Shown here piece by piece: positions 50,401-60,347 of a stretch of 63,339 nt of DNA (the first letter of the stretch is position 1; the number at the start of each line of letters is the position of its first letter). Made by a program: the position numbers and the translations under genes. The stretch comes from Saccharicrinis sp. (GTDB taxonomy: Bacteria > Bacteroidota > Bacteroidia > Bacteroidales > Marinilabiliaceae). The stretch lies in contig JBFHKL010000001.1 of assembly GCA_041595375.1 (NCBI GenBank), positions 1 to 63,339 of the forward strand, in the 5' to 3' direction. Under the pieces are notes generated by a model that was not told where the DNA came from, searched no databases, and worked only from the letters and a program-made list of their open reading frames with translations.

Positions 50401-50666
50401 CTGATTTGTATGTTGAAAATGGTTCTTTTGTACGTTTGCAAAATGTAACCGTTGGTTATAATTTTCCTAAACAACTGCTGGGTAAAATTGGGCTTAATTC
50501 ATTGAGATTAAATGCTTCATTGAATAACATCTACACCTTTACAAAATATTCAGGTTTTAGTCCTGATGTTAGCACTTTTGGAAAAGAGAATCTTTCGTTA
50601 GGTCATGATTCATCTGGATACCCTAATATAAGAAGACTTATTTTTGGAGTAAAAGCTTCGTTTTAA
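47478..50666 (+). CDS. susC: SusC-like TonB-dependent transporter
   Basis: EVVVVGYG, PLYVIDG, DIESIEILKDASAAAIYGSRGSNGV, C-terminal Phe. Confidence 0.97.
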   Translation: MKKIITVLIIMISVTAFSQQMTVTGRVKDDKGEALFGATLQIKKKGTGTITDIDGRFSIAASTGDIITVSYLGTETKNIIVEQANVIHITLKSLDQELDEVVVVGYGTVKKSDLTSSVSTIKAEDITKTGTISLDQALAGRAAGVIVTTNSGAPGAGASITIRGMSTITNSEPLYVIDGIPMENNSLDALSADSNGGNNLSPLSLISPEDIESIEILKDASAAAIYGSRGSNGVVLVTTKTGKVGKGVISVSRDYSLGSIPHVSRLLDANEFVILKNELNLNSNSGSVDPQLLADAQAGRLTTTDWLKTVTHPSTTANTNISFSGGTKDLRYLLSTNFLNSEGMIQSTDFSRIQTRLNLDADVSKVVKVGTRITYSYVDSDSQSTNVGQNADGFGVGNIIRRVQEADPSKNIYEVIPADPNDPDDPDAVDLQINPLDYLNNNKWNTKEYQFLGNIYLTLQFSKGFYFKTSFNYQNRFSKQRFYQNREVRPGVLTAFGGWAKTGDTQNESISNTNELHFDKKFGKHAFNTVIGQSTEYRSTESVRTDNRGFPNDLLTIYAPNTATTYFADNIIFGENSLLSYFGRINYTLNNKYLFTVTGRYDGSSKFAANNKWAFFPAGAFAYKLSEEKFIKNIREISQAKFRVSYGKTGNQAITDYQSLSVLTPDQYVIGDGVGGEGITTVYYSDQIPNPNLKWESTLQFDAGLDLGFFKNRVTVTTDYYVKNTTDLLFKTNKVASQSGQSNFVRNLGSIKSTGFELALGLDIFRKKNFSWLFNGNFSVGKAVINDLATDIAAGPTLSGVAGTGTQILKNGEKVGTFYGYKRAGIAQFSDFQEFQGLTSQEQIDLYNSNRSGSYTFIPRADGALLYNEANPSPGKQLFYDPNGDGTITDADKQVIGNAQADVMFGIKNDFRIGNVDLSFFFDAQLGQEIANITNVRLMTFTGSRNALGVVKDSWSPENQNTDFPKLGSVVRQFTDLYVENGSFVRLQNVTVGYNFPKQLLGKIGLNSLRLNASLNNIYTFTKYSGFSPDVSTFGKENLSLGHDSSGYPNIRRLIFGVKASF

Positions 50667-50689
50667 TTAACTGTATAAAATTAAAAATC

Positions 50690-52381
50690 ATGAAATATAT
50701 ATATAAATTAGGTTTAGTAGTTCTGGCATTGATGCCAGTATCTTGTTCAGATTTTTTAGAAGAAGATCCTAGAATGGTAGTTTCGGCTACTAATTTTTAT
50801 AAGACTGAATCTGACTGCCGTAATGCAACAGATGCTATCTATCAAGCATTTCAAAACGGACAATCCTTTTCAATTTATGGTGCCTATTGGCCAACTATTG
50901 ATGTGGGTACTGATGACATTGTAGCTAGAGATAATAATAATACGGATGAATTTATGACGCATACGATTGTTCCAGAAATGATTTTTTTGACAAATCGTAA
51001 TCAATATCAATATTTTTGGAAGGCAATATCACGAGCGAATGATGTTATAAAATATGTGCCAAATGCGCCTATTTCTGATGCCAAAAAAAATGTCATGATT
51101 GGTGAAGCGCATGCTTTAAGAGCTTTTGCGTATTATAATTTAGTAAGAGTGTGGGGTGACATGCCTAAGGTGGTTAACTCTGTTGAATCCACAACCGATT
51201 TTGATTTGCCTCGTTCTAGTGTAGATGAGATCTATAATGAGATTATTATCCCTGATTTAAAATTTGCCGAGGATAATTGTCTTAGCACATTGCATAGGGG
51301 GCGAATTACAAAATGGACGGCTAAATTAATTCTTGCCGAAGTGTATTTAACGCGTGCAGGTTGGAGAAGAACCTCACAGGGTGAAAAGGTGCAAGGAGAT
51401 GCCTCTAATTGGGCATTGGCAAGAGACAAGGCAAAGGAGATTATTGACGGTTCACCACATTCCTTAATCACAACTCCCGTTGTTGATGGTATGCATACCA
51501 CCCCAGCTTGTGGTGTGCCTTGGATAGAAAGCAAACCCTATAGTGTAGAATCAATGTTTGAATTTGGGGCTATATCTCTAGGACAAACGGGTTCATGGTT
51601 GTCAAAAGCGGCTTCAAATAGTAATACTGGAGCTGGGTATTGGGGAGCAAGAAATAATACTAAACCTACTGGCTATACTAATACTATAGCTGAATTAAGC
51701 TGGCCCGCTAATATTGCTGGTAAGCTTTCAAGTAGTGGAGGTTTCGTTCCTTCAGCTGATTTATATGTGGCCTTTGACGAAGCAGGGGATCAAAGAAGGG
51801 ATTGGCTAATAGTGACAAAATACACAACTCCGGCTGGTGCAACTATTCTTTCTCAACCCACTATAAGAAAATATATGGATATCGATTTTTTTCTAGGGAA
51901 TAGTAGTGCAACCTTTCAATATACCAATAATAATTTTATAGTTTACCGATTTGCCGATGCATTGTTAATTTATGCTGAAGCTCAAAATGAGGCAGATGGT
52001 GCTCCAAATGCTGATGCTTATACTGCTTTGAATAGAATTAGAAGAAGAGCTTTTGGAGTTACAAATACCTCAAAAGATTTATCAGGGTTGACACAAGCTA
52101 CTTTTAGAGCAGCAGTTTTAAAAGAACGCCGTTTAGAATTAGCAGGCGAAATTAAACGCCGTTTTGATTTAATAAGAACTGACGGATTTGCAGCTGTAAA
52201 TGATGGATCATTAGTAAAAGTTTGGGCAAGTTCTTATAATGGAAATTTTAGTGTTAATACCAATCATGGAAATGTAAAATGGCCAGATCGCGAATGGTTA
52301 TTACCAATTCCTTTAACTGAAATGAATTTAAATATTTCAAATGGTTGGGTACAGAATAAAGGGTATGCCCCAAATGAATAA
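50690..52381 (+). CDS. susD: SusD/RagB-like lipoprotein
   Basis: Lipobox PVSC, LRAFAYYNLVRVWGDMP, RFADALLIYAEA, ERRLELAGE. Confidence 0.95.
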   Translation: MKYIYKLGLVVLALMPVSCSDFLEEDPRMVVSATNFYKTESDCRNATDAIYQAFQNGQSFSIYGAYWPTIDVGTDDIVARDNNNTDEFMTHTIVPEMIFLTNRNQYQYFWKAISRANDVIKYVPNAPISDAKKNVMIGEAHALRAFAYYNLVRVWGDMPKVVNSVESTTDFDLPRSSVDEIYNEIIIPDLKFAEDNCLSTLHRGRITKWTAKLILAEVYLTRAGWRRTSQGEKVQGDASNWALARDKAKEIIDGSPHSLITTPVVDGMHTTPACGVPWIESKPYSVESMFEFGAISLGQTGSWLSKAASNSNTGAGYWGARNNTKPTGYTNTIAELSWPANIAGKLSSSGGFVPSADLYVAFDEAGDQRRDWLIVTKYTTPAGATILSQPTIRKYMDIDFFLGNSSATFQYTNNNFIVYRFADALLIYAEAQNEADGAPNADAYTALNRIRRRAFGVTNTSKDLSGLTQATFRAAVLKERRLELAGEIKRRFDLIRTDGFAAVNDGSLVKVWASSYNGNFSVNTNHGNVKWPDREWLLPIPLTEMNLNISNGWVQNKGYAPNE

Positions 52382-52397
52382 AATTCTATAAAAGTCA

Positions 52398-52439
52398 TAG
52401 GGTGTAATTGTGAAAAAGAAATTACACCCTACTTTTTTT
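52398..52439 (+). terminator. Intrinsic terminator after the second susD
   Basis: TAGGGTGTAATT/AATTACACCCTA 12-bp inverted repeat plus T7. Confidence 0.8.
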
Positions 52440-52634
52440 AAAGATTAGTTTATATATAACGATACTCTTGTTATTAACGAATATGGAGGTGAAAGTCTTC
52501 GTATTGGATAAAAAAACATTGCTACTATTCAATTGATGGGATGCAATAAAAAATTAATTGAAACCAAAGTAATGAAGCGGTTATCATTAGATTCAAAAAT
52601 AGAATTAAAATAATTCATAAAAAAAAAGTAAAAA

Positions 52635-54224
52635 ATGAAACTTCTTTTGCATGTATTCCTTGCATTGTTTAGTGTGGGAACGATTGCTCAGACAAAAAAT
52701 AGCAATAACAAAAAACCGAATATCATCTATATTTTGACTGATGATTTAGGAATTGGGGACCTAAGTTTTTATAACGAAAACAGTAAAATAGTGACACCTA
52801 ATATAGACAAAATGGGTGCGGAAGGTATGAAATTTACCGATGCTCACACCTCTTCTTCTGTATGCACTCCTACAAGATATAGTATCATAACGGGGCGTTA
52901 CAACTGGAGAACACCACTAAAGAGTTTTGTATTATGGGGAGATTCACCAATGTTAATAAAAGAGAACCGATTGACGGTGGCTCAATTATTGAAAAATAAT
53001 GGCTATCAAACAGCCACTATTGGTAAATGGCACATGGGGCTAAATTGGTCTATGAAAGAGGGTAGCAAAGAATATGAGTATTTTTCTAATATAAAAGACA
53101 GATTCAACCCCGATCAAATAGATTATTCTAAACCATTGAAAAAAGGAGCTGTCAATTTAGGATTTGATTATTCGTATATGATTTCAGCTTCTTTAAATAT
53201 GCCTCCGTTTGTGTATATTGAAAATGATAAAGTAGTAAAGGAGCCTTTAAAAATATCAGAAGGATTAAGAAAAGATAATCCTTATGCGTATTGGATAAAA
53301 GGGGATATATCGGATGATTTTGACCACGAACAGGTATTGCCTGTTTTTGTGAAAAAAGCTCAAGCATATATCGCAGAAAAAGCTAAAGAGGATAAACCAT
53401 TTTTTCTTTACCTTCCTTTGGCAGCACCACATAACCCTATATTGCCTATAGCGCCTTGGAAAGGAAAAAGTAATATTAATCCGTATGCAGATTTTGTTGT
53501 CATGATTGATGATTTGATGGGGGATTTATTTAAAACAATTAAAGACAGTGGTATTGAAGAAAATACAATTGTAATTTTCACAAGTGACAATGGATGTGCT
53601 GCAAATGCTAACATTGGGGTATTGAAAGAGAAAGGACATAACCCAAGTTATATCTATAGCGGTATAAAAGGAAGTATCCTTGAAGGTGGACATCGTGTAC
53701 CATTTTTAGTAAAATGGCCCAAAGGGATTAAACCAAATTCTATTTGCAACGAAACCATTTGCACAACAGACTTTATGGCAACCTGTGCGGAGTTGGTAAA
53801 CTATAAACTGAAAGATAATGAAGCAGAAGACAGTTATAGTATGATGCCATTATTGAATCAGAAGAAAGGCTTTCAAAGAGAAGAAACCATTCATCATGAT
53901 AAAGCTGGTGTATTCGCCATCAGAAAAGGGGATTGGAAATTAGTAGTAGAACCTACTAAAGCAGATTCTGGGACAAGTAAAAAGAAAAAAGCTAAAGGAG
54001 GTAGTGACACATTCGAAAACATTCTTTACAATCTTAAAAATGATAGTAAGGAAATTAAAAATGTAGCCAATGAAAATCCGGATAAAGTAAATGAATTAAA
54101 AGCATTACTAATCAAACAAATTGTGGAAGGTAGAAGTACTCCTGGTAAAGCTCAAAAAAATGATGAAATTTCATTTACTTGGGAACAAGCAACTTTTGCA
54201 TTAAACCCTACTGATAAACATTGA
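52635..54224 (+). CDS. S1 sulfatase
   Basis: PNIIYILTDDLG, CTPTRYSIITG, GKWHMG, TSDNG. Confidence 0.95.
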   Translation: MKLLLHVFLALFSVGTIAQTKNSNNKKPNIIYILTDDLGIGDLSFYNENSKIVTPNIDKMGAEGMKFTDAHTSSSVCTPTRYSIITGRYNWRTPLKSFVLWGDSPMLIKENRLTVAQLLKNNGYQTATIGKWHMGLNWSMKEGSKEYEYFSNIKDRFNPDQIDYSKPLKKGAVNLGFDYSYMISASLNMPPFVYIENDKVVKEPLKISEGLRKDNPYAYWIKGDISDDFDHEQVLPVFVKKAQAYIAEKAKEDKPFFLYLPLAAPHNPILPIAPWKGKSNINPYADFVVMIDDLMGDLFKTIKDSGIEENTIVIFTSDNGCAANANIGVLKEKGHNPSYIYSGIKGSILEGGHRVPFLVKWPKGIKPNSICNETICTTDFMATCAELVNYKLKDNEAEDSYSMMPLLNQKKGFQREETIHHDKAGVFAIRKGDWKLVVEPTKADSGTSKKKKAKGGSDTFENILYNLKNDSKEIKNVANENPDKVNELKALLIKQIVEGRSTPGKAQKNDEISFTWEQATFALNPTDKH

Positions 54225-54244
54225 TACTATTAATAACCGAATTT

Positions 54245-56383
54245 ATGAAACATCGATTGATTATAATTTTGACAATCCTTTATGGATGTCTAAATAGTGC
54301 AGCACAAACAACAGCTGATTTTTACGTTTCTACCAAAGGTTCTGACAACTGGTCGGGTACGTTAGCAAGTCCCAATGCTCAAGGAACAGATGGACCTTTT
54401 GCTTCTTTGGAGCGAGCTAGAGATGCTGTACGAATTTTGAAAAAAAAGAAAACGCAAAACATTTTGGTGCAAATTCGTGAAGGCCTTTATAAATTGAATA
54501 AAACAGTTGTATTTGGTTTGGAAGATTCCGCTGCAGGAAACGCAACGATAACCTATGCAGCTTATCCTAATGAAAAACCAATATTTAGCTCCGGCAAAGA
54601 GATTTCAGGTTGGGAGAAAGTAACTACGGATATTCCAGGTTTGCCTACGGAAGCCAAAGGGAATATATGGGTAGCCAATGTATCGGATAAATTTCTAACG
54701 CTGTATGATGACAAAGGAATGTTGCCACGCGCGCAATCTGAACCTTTTAAACCTTTAAAAGAAAGTACTAAAAACAAAATTTATTTTCCAAAAGGGAAAA
54801 TGAAAAATTACTCAAATGTTACGGATGTTGAACTTATTGTACGTCCAGCTCACGATTGGATTTTAAACATCCTGCCTTTGGCTTCAGTTGATGAAAATAA
54901 AGGGGTTGCCAATACTACTATTGACGCTACTTATGTGATGCAGAAAAATAATGTATGGGTAGAAAATGTAATAGAAGAATTGAATGCACCTGGTGAATGG
55001 GTATTAAATTCTAAAGAAGGCAAGGTCTATCTTTGGAAAAGAGGGGATTTCCCAATAGTAGCACCAACATTGATGGAGTTCATTCGTGTGGAAGGAAAGA
55101 TTGACAAAAAAGGTTCTAAAGATGTACCCGTTCGAAATTTAAAGTTTGATGGACTGACTTTTAAACACGGTGAACGTTATATCATTGCTAAAGAGGATGC
55201 TGGTTTACAGCACGATTGGGATTTTTTGGATAAAGGCAATGCATTGGTACGTTTTCGCGGAGCAGAGAACTGTGTGGTCAATCAATGTCATTTCATGGAT
55301 AGTGGCAGTGGTGCGATTCGTGTGGATTTGTATGGCATAGATAATAAAATTACCAACAACCATATTGAGCATATGGGTGGTGGCGGAATTCTATTGTGCG
55401 GATTTGGTCCTGGTACCAAAGATGTGAACAAAAAGAATCTAGTTTACAACAATAACATTCACCATGTAGGCGAAATTTATTGGCATTCACCAGGAATATT
55501 CCTTTGGCAAAGTGGAGAAAACAGAGTCGCTAATAATTTAATTCATCACACTAATTATACTGGTTTAATTGTAAGCGGTGGAATTTTAAGATTATTCAAA
55601 CGTGGAAATGGTCGTGAACTGATGCGAACTTTGCGTTGGGATGAGATGAGCAATTTACCTAAAAAACCAGAACAAGAGGATATCAAACCGTATTTGCACA
55701 GTCGAAACAATTTAATTGAATACAATGAAATTCATAACGCTATGCAAAAGCTGGGAGATGGAAATGGAATTTATATTAGAGGTGCTGGTCTAGGAAATGT
55801 AATTCGTCGCAATTTTATTCATGATCTTGTCACTCCAACGGGTAAACAAGGCGGAATGAGAACTGATGGAGGTCAAATGGACGTTTTAATTACTGAAAAT
55901 ATTATTTATAAATGTACTTCACAAGGAATGACCTTAAAATTAAACAATCGTTTTGAGAATAATATTATTGCCGATGTAATTGCACCTCCTCGTGGTGTTT
56001 ATCTAAAAATTGTGGAAGGTCCAATGACGGGAGCATCTAATAAAAAGAACATATTTTATTCCTCTACAAACAACTGTGTTTTTATTCCAGAACACATCCC
56101 TGGAAAATCAAATGCAGGTGAAGATATGGAAGGGAAGCAGCCCGCCCGAATGAAAGATGTGGATTCTGATAACAACATTTATTTTTGTAAAACTGACAGT
56201 AGTAAAGGAGACAACACCCTAAAATACCTCCATACGGAAGGCGTAGATAAGAATAGTAAGGCTGTTGATCCTTTATTTGTAAATCCTGAAAAAGGAGATT
56301 TTAGATTCAAACCCGATTCACCAGCACTCAAAATGGGAATCGTACCTATTGATATGTCGCTAATAGGTTTACGTCCTAACTAA
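54245..56383 (+). CDS. GH141-like right-handed beta-helix glycosidase
   Basis: ADFYVSTKGSDNWSG, GPFASLERA, ELNAPGEW, LGDGNGIY, RTDGG; start moved to the ATG of MKHRL. Confidence 0.8.
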   Translation: MKHRLIIILTILYGCLNSAAQTTADFYVSTKGSDNWSGTLASPNAQGTDGPFASLERARDAVRILKKKKTQNILVQIREGLYKLNKTVVFGLEDSAAGNATITYAAYPNEKPIFSSGKEISGWEKVTTDIPGLPTEAKGNIWVANVSDKFLTLYDDKGMLPRAQSEPFKPLKESTKNKIYFPKGKMKNYSNVTDVELIVRPAHDWILNILPLASVDENKGVANTTIDATYVMQKNNVWVENVIEELNAPGEWVLNSKEGKVYLWKRGDFPIVAPTLMEFIRVEGKIDKKGSKDVPVRNLKFDGLTFKHGERYIIAKEDAGLQHDWDFLDKGNALVRFRGAENCVVNQCHFMDSGSGAIRVDLYGIDNKITNNHIEHMGGGGILLCGFGPGTKDVNKKNLVYNNNIHHVGEIYWHSPGIFLWQSGENRVANNLIHHTNYTGLIVSGGILRLFKRGNGRELMRTLRWDEMSNLPKKPEQEDIKPYLHSRNNLIEYNEIHNAMQKLGDGNGIYIRGAGLGNVIRRNFIHDLVTPTGKQGGMRTDGGQMDVLITENIIYKCTSQGMTLKLNNRFENNIIADVIAPPRGVYLKIVEGPMTGASNKKNIFYSSTNNCVFIPEHIPGKSNAGEDMEGKQPARMKDVDSDNNIYFCKTDSSKGDNTLKYLHTEGVDKNSKAVDPLFVNPEKGDFRFKPDSPALKMGIVPIDMSLIGLRPN

Positions 56384-56431
56384 TTATAGGAATAACATGA
56401 AAATAATTTTTAAACAGAAATAATATAAAAA

Positions 56432-58600
56432 ATGAAAAATCGATTAATCCTATTTTTGGCACTAATTTTTGGATGTCTCATAAGCACCGCCCAAACAGCT
56501 GATTTTTATGTGTCCACCCAGGGTTCAGACAACTGGTCTGGAAAATTGGCGAGTCCCAATGCACAAGGTACTGACGGTCCTTTTGCCACCTTAGAAAAGG
56601 CACGAGATGCGGTTCGTATGTTGAAAAAAAGCAAGTCACAAGATATTGTAGTGTTGATTCGGGAAGGAGTTTATAAACTGAATAAAACAGTAGTGTTTGG
56701 TTTAGAAGATTCAGGAGAGGGAAAATCAACGATCACTTATGCTGCTTATCCAAATGAAAAACCAGTTTTTAGTTCTGGAAAAGAGATTAAAGGTTGGGAA
56801 AAAGTAACTACGGATATTCCAGGTTTACCTGCAGTAGCAAAAGGAAATGTTTGGGTAGCCAAAGTTTCGGATAAATTTTTGACTTTGTATGATGACGAAG
56901 GAATGTTACCACGAGCGCAATCCAAAGGAATAATAACTGAATTAGAAAAAAGCAGTAAAAACCGTCTTCATTTTCCTGATGGATTTTTGAAAAATTGGTC
57001 AAATGTAACCGATGCAGAAATTAAAGTACGTCCCCATCATGCGTGGATTGTAAATATGCTACCCGTGGTATCTGTCAACGAAAAAACGAATAATGCTACT
57101 ACCGCCATAGATGCTACTTATGCGATGAATAGACTTCATTTCTTGCCAGAAACAGAGAATTGTTGGGTCGAAAATGTAATGGAAGCACTTGATAAAAAAG
57201 GGGAATGGGTATTAAATACCAAAGAAGGCAAGGTATATCTTTGGCCACGTAATGAATCTGCAGTTGTCGCTCCAACACTCTTTGAACTCATTCGAGTAGA
57301 AGGAAAAATTAATAAAGAAGGAGCTAAGGATATTCCTGTTCGCAATCTTGTTTTTAAAGGACTTACATTTAAACATGGAGAACGTTACACTGTAAAACCG
57401 GATGATGCCGGCTTGCAACATGACTGGGATTTTCTTGATAAAGACAATGCTTTAGTTCGTTTTCGCGGAGCTGAGAATTGTATGATTGATCAATGTCACT
57501 TCTTGGATAGTGGTAGTGGCGCAATTCGTGTGGATTTGCACGGAATAAATAATACCATTTCAAATAACCATATCGAACACTTAGGAGGTGCGGGTATTGT
57601 GCTTTGTGGTTATGGACCAGGAACTAAAGATGTAAACAAAAAGAATACGGTTTATAACAACAATATTCATAATATAGGAGAAATTTATTGGCATTCGGCG
57701 GGTATTTTAGTTTGGCAAAGTGGTGAGAACCGTATTGCTAACAACTTAATACACCATACGGATTATACTGCCATTATTCTATCGGGATGTATGACTGATT
57801 TTTTTGCCAAAGGGCCTAATGGTCGCGAGTTAACTCGAACAATTCGTCGTGATGAAGTTCCTAAATTTTCAAAAGATGTAACACTTCAGGATGTTATGCC
57901 TTATTTGCATACCCACGATAATATTGTAGAATACAACGAAATGCATCATACCATGCAAAGACTGGGAGATGGAAATTCAGTTTATATACGAGGAGCAGGT
58001 AGAGGTAATATTATTCGTCGCAATTACATACACGATATGGATGCCGATATGATAATGCAAGCGGCTATTCGTACGGATGGAGGACAAACAGGAACTTTGA
58101 TTGCTGAAAATTTAATTTATAACTGCACCTCCCAAGGAATTTTGACAAAATTAGATAATAGAGTAGAAAATAATATTGTAGCTAATATCATTGCTCCTCC
58201 TCGTGGCTATTATTTGTCATTGCGGGAAGGGCCATTGACAGGAGGAACTATTAAACGTAATATTTTATACTGTGTTAGTGAAATGGGAAGTTTTATTGAT
58301 GAATTGCCTCCAGGAAAAGATGGGGCTTCTGAAGACCGAAGAGGTCGTGCCATTGCAAGTGCAAAGGATGCCGATACCGATTATAATATTTATTTCTGTA
58401 AAGCAAATCAGGAAAAGGGTAAAGAACTTATCGAAAAAAATCAAAAGGATGGTGTGGATAAGAATAGTAAATCAGTAGATCCAGTATTTGTTGATCCTGA
58501 AAATGGTGATTTTAGATTCAAAACAGGTTCCCCTGCACTTGAAATGGGTATTATTCCAATCGATTTATCAAAGATTGGTCTATACAACACGAAAAATTAG
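56432..58600 (+). CDS. GH141-like right-handed beta-helix glycosidase (tandem paralog)
   Basis: Same motifs, colinear with the 54245 protein over its full length. Confidence 0.8.
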   Translation: MKNRLILFLALIFGCLISTAQTADFYVSTQGSDNWSGKLASPNAQGTDGPFATLEKARDAVRMLKKSKSQDIVVLIREGVYKLNKTVVFGLEDSGEGKSTITYAAYPNEKPVFSSGKEIKGWEKVTTDIPGLPAVAKGNVWVAKVSDKFLTLYDDEGMLPRAQSKGIITELEKSSKNRLHFPDGFLKNWSNVTDAEIKVRPHHAWIVNMLPVVSVNEKTNNATTAIDATYAMNRLHFLPETENCWVENVMEALDKKGEWVLNTKEGKVYLWPRNESAVVAPTLFELIRVEGKINKEGAKDIPVRNLVFKGLTFKHGERYTVKPDDAGLQHDWDFLDKDNALVRFRGAENCMIDQCHFLDSGSGAIRVDLHGINNTISNNHIEHLGGAGIVLCGYGPGTKDVNKKNTVYNNNIHNIGEIYWHSAGILVWQSGENRIANNLIHHTDYTAIILSGCMTDFFAKGPNGRELTRTIRRDEVPKFSKDVTLQDVMPYLHTHDNIVEYNEMHHTMQRLGDGNSVYIRGAGRGNIIRRNYIHDMDADMIMQAAIRTDGGQTGTLIAENLIYNCTSQGILTKLDNRVENNIVANIIAPPRGYYLSLREGPLTGGTIKRNILYCVSEMGSFIDELPPGKDGASEDRRGRAIASAKDADTDYNIYFCKANQEKGKELIEKNQKDGVDKNSKSVDPVFVDPENGDFRFKTGSPALEMGIIPIDLSKIGLYNTKN

Positions 58601-58644
58601 TTTATTGAGAGCATACATCTTATTTAAATAACGTATAATTAAAT

Positions 58645-59048
58645 TTTAAAACCTCAAAAGCAGATGGGTCTTACTTAAATCAAATTAATAAACAGGAAAA
58701 GCAGGATCTGCTTATCATAGATGACTTTGGACTTAAAGCCTTGGGTGTCATATACAGGCATTCTTTTATGGAAATTATTGAAAATAGGCACGGAGGACAC
58801 AGTATTGTAATTGCTTCAAGGTTACCTATATAAGCATGGTACGAAAGATTAAGTACAAACCAGCGCAGCAGCCATTTTAGACAGCCTTTTTCATAATGCA
58901 TACAAAATAGATATTAAAGGGAGAGTCAATGAGTAAAAAAATGAAAAGTAAAAAAACTTACATTTAACCAAAAATAAATCGATTTTGAGTACTTAGTTTG
59001 CAATGCTCACTTTCATCCGTCGCAATTAGCTCAGTTTGTCCGCACCAT
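58645..59048 (+). mobile_element. istB: IS21-family remnant: degraded istB 3' half and right end
   Basis: Translates to SKADGSY...DLLIIDDFGL (Walker B)...MEIIENRH...IASRLPI*AWYE, then shifted AILDSLFHNAYKIDIKG/ESM; followed by repeats GCTCACTTTCATCCG and GCTCAGTTTGTCCG. Confidence 0.85.
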
Positions 59049-59126
59049 CGGGTTTTGATTAAAATCTTCTTTATTCGAAAATTGCTTAAAGTTTTGAGCT
59101 TTCAATAATAAAGTGCCAAACAAACA

Positions 59127-59169
59127 AAAGCATATCAAAAATATTGATGAAATAAATTTGACATGCTTT
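59127..59169 (-). terminator. Possible terminator downstream of fbp
   Basis: AAAGCATATCAAA/TTTGACATGCTTT (1 mismatch), T-rich tail on the minus strand. Confidence 0.4.
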
Positions 59170-59259
59170 GGTATTCCAGTAATGAGTTTAGAATTTAAAT
59201 TTCTTGGTACGTATTTTATGGATTAACAAATTTTGACTAATATAAAAAATGTGATCAAT

Positions 59260-60261
59260 TTAATTAATCAAAAACGAATGTAATTTTTCAATCATTTTGG
59301 AACTCCCACAAAAAAACGGCACACGTTCATGTATGTTTTTTGGTTTTAGTTCTAAAATTCGATTGTATCCGTCAGTCGCTACACCTCCAGCTTGCTCTGC
59401 AATAAATGCTATAGGGTTGCATTCGTAAAGGAGCCTAAGTTTTCCAGTTTTATTAACGGTACTATTTGGATATAAATAAATACCGCCTTTAATCATGTTT
59501 CTGTGAAAATCTGATACCATAGAGCCTATATATCGGGATGTGTATGGACGGTCGTCTTCAATCTGTTGACAGAATTTTAAATAGTTTTTAACCCCTTGAG
59601 GAAAGTGTACATAGTTGCCCTCGTTTATTGAGTAAATATTTCCAGTGTTAGGTATTTTCATATTAGGATGTGATAGGTAAAATGAACCAATCGCAGGATT
59701 CAATGTAAAACCATTTACACCATTTCCTGTAGTGAAAACTAACATTGTTGAAGTGCCATAAATTACATAACCAGCCGCGACTTGATTTTCTCCAGATTGT
59801 AAAAAATCCTTTTCTTCAACAGGTGTTCCTGCTGAGGTAACCCTTCTATAAATTGAGAAAATAGTTCCTACAGATACATTTACATCAATATTTGAAGAAC
59901 CATCTAAAGGATCCATTAAGACCACATAATGACTGTTGTTTTGCTTGTCATTTCCGCCAACGGTTATAAATTCATCATTCTCTTCTGAAACAATGCCGCA
60001 AACAATATCTCTGTTTTTTAAGGCTTGTATAAAGGTTTTATTTGCAAATACATCTAATTTCTGCTGTTGTTCTCCTTGTATATTTACATCGCCAGAACTG
60101 CCAAATAAGTCTACCAGCCCCGCTTTGTTAACTTCATGATTAACAACTTTTGCGGCTAACCGTATGCCATTTAAAAGGCTGGATAACTCACCCGTAGAAT
60201 ACGAAAAAGAGAGTTGATTTTCAATAATAAATTCACCCAATGTTGGCTTTCGAGTATTCAT
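59260..60261 (-). CDS. fbp: Class 1 fructose-1,6-bisphosphatase
   Basis: [39 protein letters not shown]. Confidence 0.97.
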   Translation of the reverse strand: MNTRKPTLGEFIIENQLSFSYSTGELSSLLNGIRLAAKVVNHEVNKAGLVDLFGSSGDVNIQGEQQQKLDVFANKTFIQALKNRDIVCGIVSEENDEFITVGGNDKQNNSHYVVLMDPLDGSSNIDVNVSVGTIFSIYRRVTSAGTPVEEKDFLQSGENQVAAGYVIYGTSTMLVFTTGNGVNGFTLNPAIGSFYLSHPNMKIPNTGNIYSINEGNYVHFPQGVKNYLKFCQQIEDDRPYTSRYIGSMVSDFHRNMIKGGIYLYPNSTVNKTGKLRLLYECNPIAFIAEQAGGVATDGYNRILELKPKNIHERVPFFCGSSKMIEKLHSFLIN

Positions 60262-60347
60262 ATTGACTTATCTTTTAGTTCTAATTATTGTCCTGATAAA
60301 TATTTTGGAAAAAGAAGGCTCTTGTCATTTTTGCGTAAAGAGGGTTA

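Noticed and set aside
58680-58901. Minus-strand 73-aa ORF
   Set aside because: Antisense shadow of the istB remnant
2205-60139. Many 60-140 aa ORFs nested in or antisense to the long genes
   Set aside because: Shadow frames of well-supported CDSs with no recognisable motifs
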